A stretch of 63,923 nt of DNA, the filler included, from Octopus bimaculoides (Eukaryota), in NCBI RefSeq assembly GCF_001194135.2. It is 5 parts of 5 records of this genome, joined end to end, with 100 filler letters (N's around TTAATTAATTAA, not from the genome) between each part and the next. Parts side by side here need not be neighbours in the genome. Positions count along the whole stretch, not along the records: positions 31,964 to 50,223 come from NC_068999.1; positions 50,324 to 62,816 come from NC_068996.1; 3 more parts are not named here. One strand, written 5' to 3'. The notes below the pieces were generated by a model that was not told the DNA's origin, ran no database searches, and was given only the letters and a program-made list of their open reading frames with translations. The stretch's first letter is position 1, and each line of letters begins with the position of its first letter. This document shows, piece after piece, positions 38,155 through 58,222 of the stretch. The position numbers were made by a program, and so were the translations under genes.

Positions 38155-38177
38155 TTATTATTATCATTATCATTATA

Positions 38178-38236
<59 letters not shown>

Positions 38237-38270
38237 TAATATTATGTTTTTGTTGTTGTTGTTGTTGTTT
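38155..38270. repeat. (ATT)n/(GTT)n microsatellite
   Basis: Direct reading. Confidence 0.95.
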
Positions 38271-39088
38271 GAAATCTTTATTGTGAAAAAACATAATGAT
38301 AAACATACATTTAAAATATTAAGACAGAAATATAANNNNNNNNNNNNNNNNNNNNNNNNNNNNNNNNNNNNNNNNNNNNNNNNNNNNNNNNNNNNNNNNN
38401 NNNNNNNNNNNNNNNNNNNNNNNNNNNNNNNNNNNNNNNNNNNNNNNNNNNNNNNNNNNNNNNNNNNNNNNNNNNNNNNNNNNNNNNNNNNNNNNNNNNN
38501 NNNNNNNNNNNNNNNNNNNNNNNNNNNNNNNNNNNNNNNNNNNNNNNNNNNNNNNNNNNNNNNNNNNNNNNNNNNNNNNNNNNNNNNNNNNNNNNNNNNN
38601 NNNNNNNNNNNNNNNNNNNNNNNNNNNNNNNNNNNNNNNNNNNNNNNNNNNNNNNNNNNNNNNNNNNNNNNNNNNNNNNNNNNNNNNNNNNNNNNNNNNN
38701 NNNNNNNNNNNNNNNNNNNNNNNNNNNNNNNNNNNNNNNNNNNNNNNNNNNNNNNNNNNNNNNNNNNNNNNNNNNNNNNNNNNNNNNNNNNNNNNNNNNN
38801 NNNNNNNNNNNNNNNNNNNNNNNNNNNNNNNNNNNNNNNNNNNNNNNNNNNNNNNNNNNNNNNNNNNNNNNNNNNNNNNNNNNNNNNNNNNNNNNNNNNN
38901 NNNNNNNNNNNNNNNNNNNNNNNNNNNNNNNNNNNNNNNNNNNNNNNNNNNNNNNNNNNNNNNNNNNNNNNNNNNNNNNNNNNNNNNNNNNNNNNNNNNN
39001 NNNNNNNNNNNNNNNNNATATATATATATATATATATACAGGCATATATAAATATGGGGGCATCTATACATGCTGATATATGTGCGCA

Positions 39089-39122
<34 letters not shown>

Positions 39123-39412
39123 TGTGTACAAACAGAGAAAATACCGATACACAGACACACATAGTAATAGCCAGAAAAAGAATAACGATGATATTTGTAA
39201 GAAAACTAATATCAAAAGCAACAATATGATAAAGTATGTATATCAACAGAAAGTAATAACCATCTAAAAACAGATGCATAATTGAGGAAAAAACCACATA
39301 CGTATACGGGCAAGAATGCGCACACGCACACACATGCACTCACACACACATATATATATTTTTTATATATTTGTATGTGTAAGTATGTATGTTACATACT
39401 ACATATGTATAC

Positions 39413-39495
<83 letters not shown>

Positions 39496-40399
39496 NNNNN
39501 NNNNNNNNNNNNNNNNNNNNNNNNNNNNNNNNNNNNNNNNNNNNNNNNNNNNNNNNNNNNNNNNNNNNNNNNNNNNNNNNNNNNNNNNNNNNNNNNNNNN
39601 NNNNNNNNNNNNNNNNNNNNNNNNNNNNNNNNNNNNNNNNNNNNNNNNNNNNNNNNNNNNNNNNNNNNNNNNNNNNNNNNNNNNNNNNNNNNNNNNNNNN
39701 NNNNNNNNNNNNNNNNNNNNNNNNNNNNNNNNNNNNNNNNNNNNNNNNNNNNNNNNNNNNNNNNNNNNNNNNNNNNNNNNNNNNNNNNNNNNNNNNNNNN
39801 NNNNNNNNNNNNNNNNNNNNNNNNNNNNNNNNNNNNNNNNNNNNNNNNNNNNNNNNNNNNNNNNNNNNNNNNNNNNNNNNNNNNNNNNNNNNNNNNNNNN
39901 NNNNNNNNNNNNNNNNNNNNNNNNNNNNNNNNNNNNNNNNNNNNNNNNNNNNNNNNNNNNNNNNNNNNNNNNNNNNNNNNNNNNNNNNNNNNNNNNNNNN
40001 NNNNNNNNNNNNNNNNNNNNNNNNNNNNNNNNNNNNNNNNNNNNNNNNNNNNNNNNNNNNNNNNNNNNNNNNNNNNNNNNNNNNNNNNNNNNNNNNNNNN
40101 NNNNNNNNNNNNNNNNNNNNNNNNNNNNNNNNNNNNNNNNNNNNNNNNNNNNNNNNNNNNNNNNNNNNNNNNNNNNNNNNNNNNNNNNNNNNNNNNNNNN
40201 NNNNNNNNNNNNNNNNNNNNNNNNNNNNNNNNNNNNNNNNNNNNNNNNNNNNNNNNNNNNNNNNNNNNNNNNNNNNNNNNNTTTCTATCTATCCTTTACC
40301 GTTGATTGTACATCGAGTTGTTCTTAAGGTCTCATTGTGTTCGTTCACTAGACCGTGTTATGCGAGAAACTTCATAATCTTCGCCAAATGAAAAGAGAG

Positions 40400-40481
40400 G
40401 GAGCAAACTACAATAACTACGATACTAATAATAATAATCATAATAATATTGATAATAATAATAATGACAATGATGATGATG

Positions 40482-40563
<82 letters not shown>

Positions 40564-40590
40564 TAATAACAAATATAACAAATATAATAG
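40400..40590. repeat. (AAT)n microsatellite
   Basis: Direct reading. Confidence 0.95.
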
Positions 40591-40947
40591 TAGTGACTAT
40601 AACAGCATCAACAACGTGTTATGTGTTTTCCTTTTCCTTTTGCTTTTACTTTCATTTTTACTTCTACTTTCATTTTTACTTTTACTTTTACTATTAGCTT
40701 TCTGTTTCCTGTTTGAAAACAGTGAAACGGGGTTTGTTACTTACAATAGAATGCGATATAGAGACTGACTCTCTCTTTGCTATTATCGGATAACTTAACA
40801 ATGAAGAGGAATTGAAATTAAGCCTGCCCATATTCTTTCAGAAAAATACCATATTTGTAGCATTGTTATGCTAGCATTTTCATACACAAGCATACAAACC
40901 AATACATATACATATATTCATGCATACACACAAACAGATACAGGCAT

Positions 40948-40984
<37 letters not shown>

Positions 40985-41521
40985 NNNNNNNNNNNNNNNN
41001 NNNNNNNNNNNNNNNNNNNNNNNNNNNNNNNNNNNNNNNNNNNNNNNNNNNNNNNNNNNNNNNNNNNNNNNNNNNNNNNNNNNNNNNNNNNNNNNNNNNN
41101 NNNNNNNNNNNNNNNNNNNNNNNNNNNNNNNNNNNNNNNNNNNNNNNNNNNNNNNNNNNNNNNNNNNNNNNNNNNNNNNNNNNNNNNNNNNNNNNNNNNN
41201 NNNNNNNNNNNNNNNNNNNNNNNNNNNNNNNNNNNNNNNNNNNNNNNNNNNNNNNNNNNNNNNNNNNNNNNNNNNNNNNNNNNNNNNNNNNNNNNNNNNN
41301 NNNNNNNNNNNNNNNNNNNNNNNNNNNNNNNNNNNNNNNNNNNNNNNNNNNNNNNNNNNNNNNNNNNNNNNNNNNNNNNNNNNNNNNNNNNNNNNNNNNN
41401 NNNNNNNNNNNNNNNNNNNNNNNNNNNNNNNNNNNNNNNNNNNNNNNNNNNNNNNNNNNNNNNNNNNNNNNNNNNNNNNNNNNNNNNNNNNNNNNNNNNN
41501 NNNNNNNNNNNNNNNNNNNNN

Positions 41522-41553
<32 letters not shown>

Positions 41554-44248
41554 TGGTTGCAGACGAAATAAGGGCGAACACTCAACTGATATGGTAGAGT
41601 GCAGTATTTATTGCGGCTTCATATTAGTAGTAAAACTGGCCTTTCATCTCCCCACGTCTCGAACAAACTCTTTGCTTATAACAATCAACAGATGGATTTA
41701 AGAGCCTCTACGGTTTAAGAAATACAATTCTTTGATGGCATCTAACTGCGAAGTGGCTTGAATATAGTATATGAAATTTATCATTTGTTTCTTTCAAGAT
41801 TACCTACCTTAGATTTAAGTGAATCCATTTTAAAATGACTTCATTTTAGAGGATTTAATAAATTGTCTTGAAATATATGTGTATAAGTTTATATTTTTAG
41901 GGAAATAATTCCTTCCCTACATTCTATTTAGTCGAAGACACTTCCTGAAAATATCCGCACTTATTGAAAATCTCAGAGATGTTGTTTTCTTGATTTTTGA
42001 CATACCTGAGTAGGAAATTACTTTTCGAATTACATAGAATTAATTTGTTGTGTTTATATACGACACCGTTCGTTGAAAATATTTTAATTTGACGCTGGAT
42101 TGTATTCCGCTTCCTTGCTTTCTTTTGATTTCTCCACATATTTCAATAGCTGGTAATATTCTCCTTTTCTCAATATCTCAGAAAATAAGTTGAATTGAAA
42201 AAGCGATATTTAAATTAACCTTCTGGCATTCCTACATAACATTTACTCTTGCTATGCGAATTTTATTTCTTCTAAATAATATTGGTTTGTAAATCAATGC
42301 TTCAGTGTTATAAGCTATTTAAGAGGGTATGGATCTTTCCTTCTGCAAGACCGATTCCCCTCTGTTGATTCAGTTATATTTCATGTAATTATATAGTGCA
42401 TATTTGATATACACTATAATATATTTGCAAATTCATTTTATTAAATAATTTCTTATAACCGCGTCGATCGGAAAATTCTTATTAAATTAACGGAAGCAAT
42501 ATTTACGCTTGTTAGATCTATCGAAAAATGAGAAAGTGGGTGAGAATAGGATTTCATGGCATGCTTTCCTTCAAGGTGGATGGCAAGTGAGTAGGGGTGT
42601 AATAGATTTTATGATAATATCCGCTCGTTTCTGATGCTTTATTATAGTGAGATGCTGTTATATGATAACTTCATTTGACTAACCATAAGAAACCAAATGA
42701 AAATTACACGTACATTGAAATTTTAACCAACAGCCTATAGTTTAAAAACTTAGCAGTAAGCTAAATAGGATTCAAAACCTAAACTGAACGCTTCAATGAT
42801 TCGGAGATTTCTTCTATGAAACAATGATCCAGATTGAGATAAATTGACTACTAATATTTTGAATTATTTTCGTTGTTATATCAAGCAATCACGTAGAGTT
42901 TGCCATCAATTGCTATTCATCAAATTTCACGAGGATGTCTTTAAAAATCTATGAGAAAAACCTTAGAGTTGCATTTCCTTATAAATGGATCAGGGCGATA
43001 CTATATAAAGCGATAGCATTTTGGAAAAGGATTATCAGCTGGGATTATACAGACATTGCTTATTAATCATCACCATACACGAATCCTAATCAGAGAGTAC
43101 GTAATTGCCTTGAACACGCAAGATCCGAACTCATTCCACAGAGCAATAACTACTCTGCCAATCAATCATGTGGCAAAAATAATTACTATTCTCTTATTAA
43201 CAAAATCGCATTTCAAACATCTTGCTCTTTAATTGAAAATCGTCAATATTTTCTTGTGTTGGCTTTTTTTTGTTTTTGCGAGTGTAACTCGAGTACGCAA
43301 GTACGTTGTTGGTACATAAATATTGATGTAAATGAGATGAAAATAGAAAGCACCTTTCCATCATAATTAAGCTATATAGGAAACAATAAACGGGAAACTG
43401 ACAGAAATAAATGTATTTGGGTTCGTAAATTAAAGAATAATTAATTAACTCTTGCTTTCATATATTATAAATTTTTTGGAAATTTTCCTCGTAATCTTTT
43501 GGAAAATTTCAAGTTATTAATGGTATATTTAATAACTTCCTTTATGCACACCAGAACACGGTCGTATATGGACTCTCACATGTAAAAGTATGTTTATGGG
43601 AATATGTGTGATTTTCTCTGTGTGTGTGTGTGTGTGTGTGTGGCTGTGTGAGTGAGTATGAGTGTACATCACATCTGTGTTGAAACGCAACTGAACGGAA
43701 AATTTCCAAACCCATTTTACAACGTTGTCTATTGTGATCAATAATGTACACCTAATACGATACTGTGGACTGTTTTAATTCCTTCTGTGACGTAACATTC
43801 TTGTGTGAAACATTTGTGGTTTTCTGTTCTTCCTATAAACAGCACAATAAATCTACGCAGCCATTGTCTTCAGGTTTTTATCGACCTGTACACATTTAAC
43901 ACAGCTGTCTGACTTGGAGCAACAATCCTGTGTTTTGGCGTGTTGTGTTTCCTTTCAGTACGTTTTCATAAAATAATACCTAGGTAAACTTATTGGTGTA
44001 TATGTATGCATGTATGTGAATGCATTATATATATATATATGTGTGTATATGTATATATACATGTATGTATGCTCATATGCATGTATATAAATATATATAC
44101 GTATACATGCATATATACGTATACATGTATGCATGTATATATATATTTGTATACACGTAAAACATTTATACACACGTGCATACAAACATACACACACACA
44201 CATATATATATATATATACATGTGTATATATATATACATGTGTATAAA

Positions 44249-44279
<31 letters not shown>

Positions 44280-44656
44280 ATATATATANNNNNNNNNNNN
44301 NNNNNNNNNNNNNNNNNNNNNNNNNNNNNNNNNNNNNNNNNNNNNNNNNNNNNNNNNNNNNNNNNNNNNNNNNNNNNNNNNNNNNNNNNNNNNNNNNNNN
44401 NNNNNNNNNNNNNNNNNNNNNNNNNNNNNNNNNNNNNNNNNNNNNNNNNNNNNNNNNNNNNNNNNNNNNNNNNNNNNNNNNNNNNNNNNNNNNNNNNNNN
44501 NNNNNNNNNNNNNNNNNNNNNNNNNNNNNNNNNNNNNNNNNNNNNNNNNNNNNNNNNNNNNNNNNNNNNNNNNNNNNNNNNNNNNNNNNNNTGTGTATAT
44601 ATATATAATGTATATATATATATGTATAATATATATATAATGTATAGATATATGTA

Positions 44657-44695
<39 letters not shown>

Positions 44696-44964
44696 CAATA
44701 TGGGTGGGTGTTTGAATGGTTATGCACCTGCCTGTCTTTGTATATAATTTCTATATGAATAAAGACAAAAGTAAATTACAATCACACATGCACACTCAGA
44801 CACTCATGTGTATATATGCCTCCATGAATACATTTTTATACATGTTAGTCCATGCACACTCATGATTATTTTAATAGATGCATCCATATGTATGTGTGTG
44901 TGTGTGTGTGTGTGTGTTTACGCATTTATATATGTGAATATATGAATATATAAATGTACACCCA

Positions 44965-50223
<5,259 letters not shown>

Positions 50224-50323
50224 NNNNNNNNNNNNNNNNNNNNNNNNNNNNNNNNNNNNNNNNNNNNTTAATTAATTAANNNNNNNNNNNNNNNNNNNNN
50301 NNNNNNNNNNNNNNNNNNNNNNN
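50224..50323. other. Artificial scaffold-join spacer
   Basis: N44-TTAATTAATTAA-N44. Confidence 0.9.
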
Positions 50324-50686
50324 TGTATGTATGCATGTATGTATGTATGTATGTATGTATGTATGTATCTATGTATGTATGTATGTATGTATGCATGCAT
50401 GTATGTATCTATGTATGCATGTATGTATGTATATATGCATGTATGTATGTATGTATGTATGCATGTATGAATGTATGTATGTATGTATGTATGTATGTAG
50501 CTAATTATCTATCTATCCATTTCTCAATCTATGCAGTGATGTATGTGTATGTATATAAACATAGGTGCATGCGTTTATGTATGTATATATATATATATAT
50601 ATATATAAATACATACATGCATATATATACGTACATACATACATACATACATATAANNNNNNNNNNNNNNNNNNNNNNNNNNNNNN

Positions 50687-50737
<51 letters not shown>

Positions 50738-50754
50738 TTTGCCTGCCACTGATA

Positions 50755-51420
50755 TTCATGCCACTCCGATTCGCAGATGAGATTGTACTCATCGCTGAAA
50801 TCACAGACCAGCTGCAAACACTGTCGACAGAACTGGACAGTCAGTGCTTATCCGGGGGTCTTAAAATGAATCGCATGCAAACAAATCATATGTGGTCGGA
50901 GAACGTAGAACTAGGAGGAATAGAAGGCGGAAAAATATGCAATCGAGTTTATAAAGGATTACGACCACTTACGACACACACCGAATATGCTCCGAGATAT
51001 GGAATGCTGAAATCTCAAAGAGAATATATGCAAGATGTAAGGTATTTAAGGATGTACTCCTCATCTGCAACGTCATCTCTGCGCTTTTATGCGCACGTGA
51101 GACATGGGCTACTAGAAAGAGGACAGAACATAGATTGGCTACGACGTAAGTGGGCCATGGAAAGATCCACGATTGGAATATCATTTAGAGAACATATTCG
51201 AAACGAGATAATTGGCTGACAGCGGAATGAATGATGTGGTCGCAGAATTCTGAAAGAACAAATTCCTATGGACACACGACAAGGCTCGCAAACAATAGGG
51301 AAATCTGTGCAGTTGCCGAGTAATATCCAAGAGTTCGGAAAAGGCCACTTGGAAGGCTGCCACGATGATTGGAAGACGATTTAGTTAAAAGATTTGGGTT
51401 AAGGTGGAAAAGAATGGCCT
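50755..51420 (+). mobile_element. Degenerate RTE-type LINE RT fragment
   Basis: PLRFADEIVLIAEITDQLQTL...GLKMN (cf. LRFADDIVL), then AMERSTIGISFREHIRNE. Confidence 0.8.
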
Positions 51421-51565
51421 AATCAAGATAGTAATGTATCTAGATTGTTACTAAATGGTGTACAACAACATCTACTGGTTTGGTTGATATTGTGATACTG
51501 TCCATGTATATATGTATGCACGTAAATACGTACGTATCGCAGATCAAGATGGGAAGGATAACTTC

Positions 51566-51672
51566 CCTTGGCAAAAATAGACAGGACACAGATATGTGTC
51601 GATAAGCCAGCTGGAGGAGATGTTCTCCTGGGGCTAAAAGCAACAGTAACATCCACCCTTAGGGGTCAGCCA
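51566..51672 (+). repeat. Short dispersed structured repeat (copies at 58279-58385 and, partially, 22218-22245 on the minus strand)
   Basis: aggacacagat..gtgtcg.a.agccagctggag...atgt.ctcctggggctaaa is shared between copies. Confidence 0.75.
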
Positions 51673-52141
51673 CATTTAAATGGCAAATATACTTCACTTT
51701 ATATATATATATATATATATATACATATAGACACACACACATGCACACACACATACACACACACATATATACACACACACACACACATATATATGTATAT
51801 GTATATATATATTTATTTATTTATTTATATATATAAAGAAATATAAATAATTTGAACAGCACCTGCGTTTGACGCCATTCCTCAATTTATCCATGTTATA
51901 CAAAAAAACACTTCATTTAACCCTGGAATTTCTAGAGTGTAATATCCTTGGCACTTACGTGAATTTTTGCTTCCTTGGTTACAATTTTTTTCCTTGTTAT
52001 TTCCACACATTGAAACATATACATACATTTATATTTATAATATATATATGTATGTACGTATGTATGTGTGTATAAATATTTATATACATGTGTGTGTTAA
52101 TATATGTATATGTGTGCGAGTGAGTGTGTGTGTGTTCCTGT

Positions 52142-52320
52142 GTTCATTGTTCCCAGCATTTACTTATAGCCTATTTCCAGAAGCTACCACTTCTAGTGAA
52201 TGTAGTAGTTTTCTAGTGTTTGTCGCCGTATCATCAAAAAGCGTAATGTCGTCTGCATAATCAGCATCAGTGATCTTCCGAGCTGCATATTTCCTTCTTC
52301 TAGTACTCCATGTTATTGTG
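52142..52320 (-). mobile_element. RTE-type RT fragment (YADD), inverted relative to its neighbour
   Basis: RKYAARKITDADYADDITLFDDTATNTRKLLHSLEVVASG. Confidence 0.85.
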
Positions 52321-52349
52321 AAGTTAAAACAGTCCAGAGTTATAATGTA

Positions 52350-52700
52350 CAAGAAAGCTGCATTTTTATCGATTTAATGTGAATGCTAGGAAGGTTGAAT
52401 GCATATTCTGTAACCATAACGGCCGGATCAACTCGTTGAGTGGTACCCCTCTAAGGAAAACCGAAATCCCATCCACCAAAATGATTTATCAATCCACATA
52501 GCAAAAGCATGGAATGTTCAGGACAAAATAATAATAATAATCTGTCTACAGCATGACTAGCAGAAAAGGGATTTCCTCGTAGCAATAGTAGAATCAGTTC
52601 TTTATGGTTCTTCAGCATGAACTCTGGCCAAAAAGATATAGAGTATACTTGATGGGACCTACATACGTGTATTGCTTACTGTTCTAAAAAATATTCAGGT
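52350..52700 (+). mobile_element. RTE-type RT fragment continuing downstream of YADD
   Basis: VNARKVEC, HIAKAWN, FLVAIVESVLYGSSA*TL, LDGTYIRVLLTVL. Confidence 0.75.
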
Positions 52701-53029
52701 AAATATTAAACACATAAGAGATAAGGTAGAAAGTCAAGTTGACCAGTTCACCAACTGCCATGTTGAAATAAAATACCATAGTTTAATCTCTCCTAATTTC
52801 CAAGTTACCATAATTAGTTTATAATTCTGACCTGTGATTAGGAAAAAGATATGATCATGTAAAATAATGGAATAAAAATGAAAACATACTCAAGAAGGTC
52901 GTTCAGATAAGATACGAAGGTTGTGAGTTTAAGGCCCGCGAACATACATACATACTCATGTACATATACATCAAGTTATCATTTTATCTATGGGTAAGCA
53001 TGATACATACGCTTACACGACCGCCATCT

Positions 53030-53135
<106 letters not shown>

Positions 53136-53427
53136 TTTAGTGGGTTAATCCACTACTCAGGAATAACTATTCTAAGAGTGCTTCCTGCCTTATCTTCGAA
53201 ACGCCTAGTTTAGAACAGAGGCAGCTGATGCAGGAATAATTCCATAAGTGGCTCGTCTGTTTTCCTATGTGTTCGTTCTGTTGTCTGTAAACAAAGGCTG
53301 TTTTGTTTTTTATGTTCCCGTTCACTTTTCTGACGTCCTGTACCCAGATATGCATCTATATATACATGTAGATGTAGGTATGTACATATATGTATGTATA
53401 CATATGCTCATATATCATTTGTATTAT

Positions 53428-53494
<67 letters not shown>

Positions 53495-53830
53495 CTTTAT
53501 ACCCGCACATACGCAGATATAATCGCATACGCACACACATTCTTGTATGTACGCACACACGCACATACACACACACACACAAATATACACTTATATTCAT
53601 ATATACAAATATATCGATAGCCCTATGTAGACTAATATATACGCATAAGCACACACGTATACGTACACACATACATACATGTGTATTTACATGTTCATGA
53701 ATATACACAGGAGTGTTTAGTCGTGTAATACACACATGCATTCATGCATACACACAACTCTCACACACATGCACGCACAGGCACACACACGCACGCACAG
53801 GCACACACACACCACTCACAAATACACACA

Positions 53831-53866
<36 letters not shown>

Positions 53867-54260
53867 TATAAACATATATATTAGTACATATATATGTATG
53901 AATATGTGCTAAGTTGTCATTATAGACATTCATCTATACGTAAACATATACATGCCTGGCCATATCTATATCTATCTATATCTATATATATATATATAAA
54001 CACTCAGACGCACAGTCGTACATATTTATATGCATACAGTTATACAAACACACACATATATTTATATGTATACACACATATACATAAACATCTATACATA
54101 TACAAATACACATTTTTACATACTTACAATGAGAGATTATATCTATCTATAATAAGTCAGACATCTCCATGTCTTTGCTTTTATGTTGACGGTCATAATT
54201 TAACTTATCTATGCATACGTATATATAAACGTGTACATACACACATACACGCACACACAC

Positions 54261-54291
<31 letters not shown>

Positions 54292-55730
54292 TATATACTT
54301 ACATATACATACGTTCATATAAACACATACGTACTTATGTAGATATGTAGCAATTTATACATGCATTGCCAGCTTTTTATAGTTTTATATAATATATATA
54401 GACATAAATTCGGATGTGGCATGAAGCTACATTAGCATAATCAAGATATAACAAATAAATAATGGATAGATTATACACTTAGAGATTAGAAACCGCAAGC
54501 CAGATTATCAAATAGTCTTCTTACTACTGAGATGAAGACTACAAAGAATTCCTATTTAGGAGGTTTATTCTAAAGAGTAACGAATATTTTAAACGATACT
54601 TAGATAATCTACGCAACTACGTTAGGAGATATATGTAAAGGTATAGAATGCTGCTAGAAGTAGATTGCACAACAGGTTTTACAGTATGCAAATGTATATT
54701 TAATGTTATATAAACATTTTAATGTTAGCTCTCACAATTTATTGAAGACATTGCCAGGATATTTAAAAATTCCCCACAATTCGGCGCAGCAAAGTGTGCA
54801 CTCTAACTTGTCATATGAGTTTAGTGATATTTTGTTATACTGTTTTAGGTAATGTCAAATTGAATTTTTAAATCTTTCAATCCACGCATTTTCTCTGCGA
54901 GTGACGTAACACAAGCGTTATTTCGATTTTGAAAGCAAAAAGAATGATCGTAAGACCTATGCGTCAAGTTACATATGGTTGAATATTTTTAATTAAAAAT
55001 TTTCGTATCAGTTATTACATTACAGTTATATACAATATTTTTTGTTACGTATGTGTTTTTAGGAGGACATAGAGATGCATTTTTAAAGTTACATAATTTA
55101 GGGGTGCTTCTTGTTTCCTGTTCATTTTGAAGAGGGGTCATTGCCGTGATGCACTTTAGTGTAATTGAGCCGAGGTGGTGAGCTCCCGAAATGGCCATTG
55201 ATGTACTTGAATTGACCTTGTGGAAGTCTGTTTGCTCATGAACTCTAACATACCATGGTTTTAAAAATTGAACTTTGGACGTACTTTGTGCGAGGAGAGT
55301 AAAAAATTTTTTAGAAATATTTTTAATCGTTTGATAAAACATTTTTAGTCGTTTGATATTTTATTTTATTTTAGTTTATTAGTTTTTTTGGTAGTATGGC
55401 ACACTTTAGAATTTTTATGAATTTTTAGTCGTTTATATTTACTTTTTTATAGGTCGTTCTATTTGTATTTTATTCGCATTTATATTTTTACCTTCAGTGT
55501 TTTCATGTATATGTATATTTTTTATATGTTTAAAGACCATGGTAATATTCATATAGGATTAAATGTTTGAGGTATGGTGTTATATATAAAATCGTTAACT
55601 CGAATTTAATGTTTGTTCCCTGATTGATGTTTCTTTATCTTTGTCTCAGTTACATTTGAACACTTCTTTTTGCAGTCCTGTAAACCCCTTTATTTCCATA
55701 AAAAGAGACAAATATTATTTCTTGTCATAT

Positions 55731-56047
55731 ACTCTCTTTTACTCTTTTACTTGTTTCAGTCATTTGACTGCGGCCATGCTGGAACACTGCCTTTAATCGA
55801 GCAAATCGACCCCAGAACTTATTCTTTGGAAGCCTAGTACTTATTCTATCGGTCACTTTTGCCGAACCGCTAAGTTGCGGGGACGTAAACACACCAGCAT
55901 CGGTTGTCAAGTGATGCTGGGGGGACAAACACAAACACACAAACATATACACGCACATACATATATATATACATATATACGACGGGCTTCTTTCAGTTTC
56001 CGTCTACCAAATCCACTCACAAGGCTTTGGTCGGCCCGAGGCTATAG
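55731..56047 (-). mobile_element. SINE group 1, 3' two-thirds (head in gap)
   Basis: Aligns with 1318-1620; ends in ACTCTTTT-type short repeats. Confidence 0.88.
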
Positions 56048-56570
56048 NNNNNNNNNNNNNNNNNNNNNNNNNNNNNNNNNNNNNNNNNNNNNNNNNNNNN
56101 NNNNNNNNNNNNNNNNNNNNNNNNNNNNNNNNNNNNNNNNNNNNNNNNNNNNNNNNNNNNNNNNNNNNNNNNNNNNNNNNNNNNNNNNNNNNNNNNNNNN
56201 NNNNNNNNNNNNNNNNNNNNNNNNNNNNNNNNNNNNNNNNNNNNNNNNNNNNNNNNNNNNNNNNNNNNNNNNNNNNNNNNNNNNNNNNNNNNNNNNNNNN
56301 NNNNNNNNNNNNNNNNNNNNNNNNNNNNNNNNNNNNNNNNNNNNNNNNNNNNNNNNNNNNNNNNNNNNNNNNNNNNNNNNNNNNNNNNNNNNNNNNNNNN
56401 NNNNNNNNNNNNNNNNNNNNNNNNNNNNNNNNNNNNNNNNNNNNNNNNNNNNNNNNNNNNNNNNNNNNNNNNNNNNNNNNNNNNNNNNNNNNNNNNNNNN
56501 NNNNNNNNNNNNNNNNNNNNNNNNNNNNNNNNNNNNNNNNNNNNNNNNNNNNNNNNNNNNNNTATATATA

Positions 56571-56605
<35 letters not shown>

Positions 56606-58222
56606 GTGTATATTTGTATGTATATTTCACTTATAATGTTTCTTGGCGTTTGTACAAATTCAGGAACTTGATCTATGTAACAATGCAATGCAGAGTTGTC
56701 GCAATCATCTGTTATGGTTCACTATGGAAGACCATCTAACGCAGATGTGACAAATAGCCACCATAATAACAAGTATGTACGGACAAATGATATTATATTT
56801 ATTATAATTTCTGTTTATTATTATTATAATTAGACAGTGATAGAGGTGGCAAGGCGCAGGTACGTCTATATTGCGAGAGATCATAGAAAGATATAAAAGA
56901 TTTAATTGTTTGAATTTAGAGTTGAATTTAGAGTTCAGAGTTCAGTAAAACGAGTAAAAGATTGTAAGCAAGTTGGTCTATTTCAGATTTTCCAAATTCA
57001 AGCCACGGGTTTGTTAGTTTAGAATTTTGATTATTGTTTGCATAAATAACAACCAAATATTTTCCAGAACGATGATCCACTAAAGACAAATATGTTAATC
57101 AACAGCCTTTAAACCTACCAACATATTCTTGTGAACCCGTTTGCTTAAATTCTCCTTGTTAGTATCACTGCTACATATTTAAGTGATAACCAACAATCTT
57201 AAAGTATAGACAGGAAGAAAAAAAACATAATTATTAGCAACATACACGCGTAATTATGTGCATGTATAAATTCTAACACTTACCACTTACCAAATTTAAT
57301 CAACAAACATTCTCCCTACCATCTTTCCATCACAACTTACTATACGGCTTGATTAGTTTTCATCAGAATTCAGATTACCCAAAGAAATGTTAACTGAGAC
57401 TATATAAAGCTGAAATCAACTTAAATTATTTACAGTCTTGTAATGGCTTAGCTGGCCGAAACTTCGAGGTCATTTGCATGATGCCAAGTTGCATGCAAAA
57501 TGAATGAAATACTAATTCCATGTTTGAGGATTTGGACGATTACTTCTCTTAAAAGGAGTTTGCCACAAGTTCTCATAAAATGATACACCATATAATTCTA
57601 TTGGATTTAGACAGGCATCAATGTTCATTAAAAACATATGGACGGAGGTCCGTTTCTTTACGGGAACCATTAGATTGGTGTCTCCTCAAATACTAAAATC
57701 CCCAATTTACTGTTGTGTACAACTACAAATATTACACCACAAGAGTGTTTGTTTGTACTTCAACGCCGATCTTCGCACTAAAATTCGCTGCTCTCCAGGC
57801 TAATGAATCCTGAAGAGTACTTCTAAGGAAGTTCACATCGAGCAATCAGAGTGAAACCATTATTAGTAGATCATGTGACGCTTGGCAGTGAACCAACTTA
57901 AGTGGACATCAAGTATTCAGGACAGAAGTCAGTTGTTTCTGTTCGTTAATTGGCGCTTTAATAGGGGAAGAAACTAAAGACACTCGACTATATTAGGACT
58001 AAAGGGTAAGAAAGATATGACTTGTCTTAGAGCGGAGGAGGAGGAAGAGAAAGAGAATGAAACAGTAAATCTACAGGAACTAAAGAAATTCAGTGGACAG
58101 GGGTGGGAGTAATAACGTTTTACGTTTATGAATTTGTTTTGCAAGATTTCTGATGTAAAAATTACTATTTGTAAATCTCAGAATGAGAGATATTCAGCAA
58201 CAATACTTTGGAGTAAAGACTG

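Noticed and set aside
54989-55342. 117-aa minus-strand ORF
   Set aside because: No recognisable motif or splice context; length attainable by chance.
57435-57480. GGC..GCCGAAAC..GTC and an adjacent ATTTGCAT octamer
   Set aside because: The 5' hammerhead core is absent; a lone octamer without a PSE or snRNA body is uninformative.
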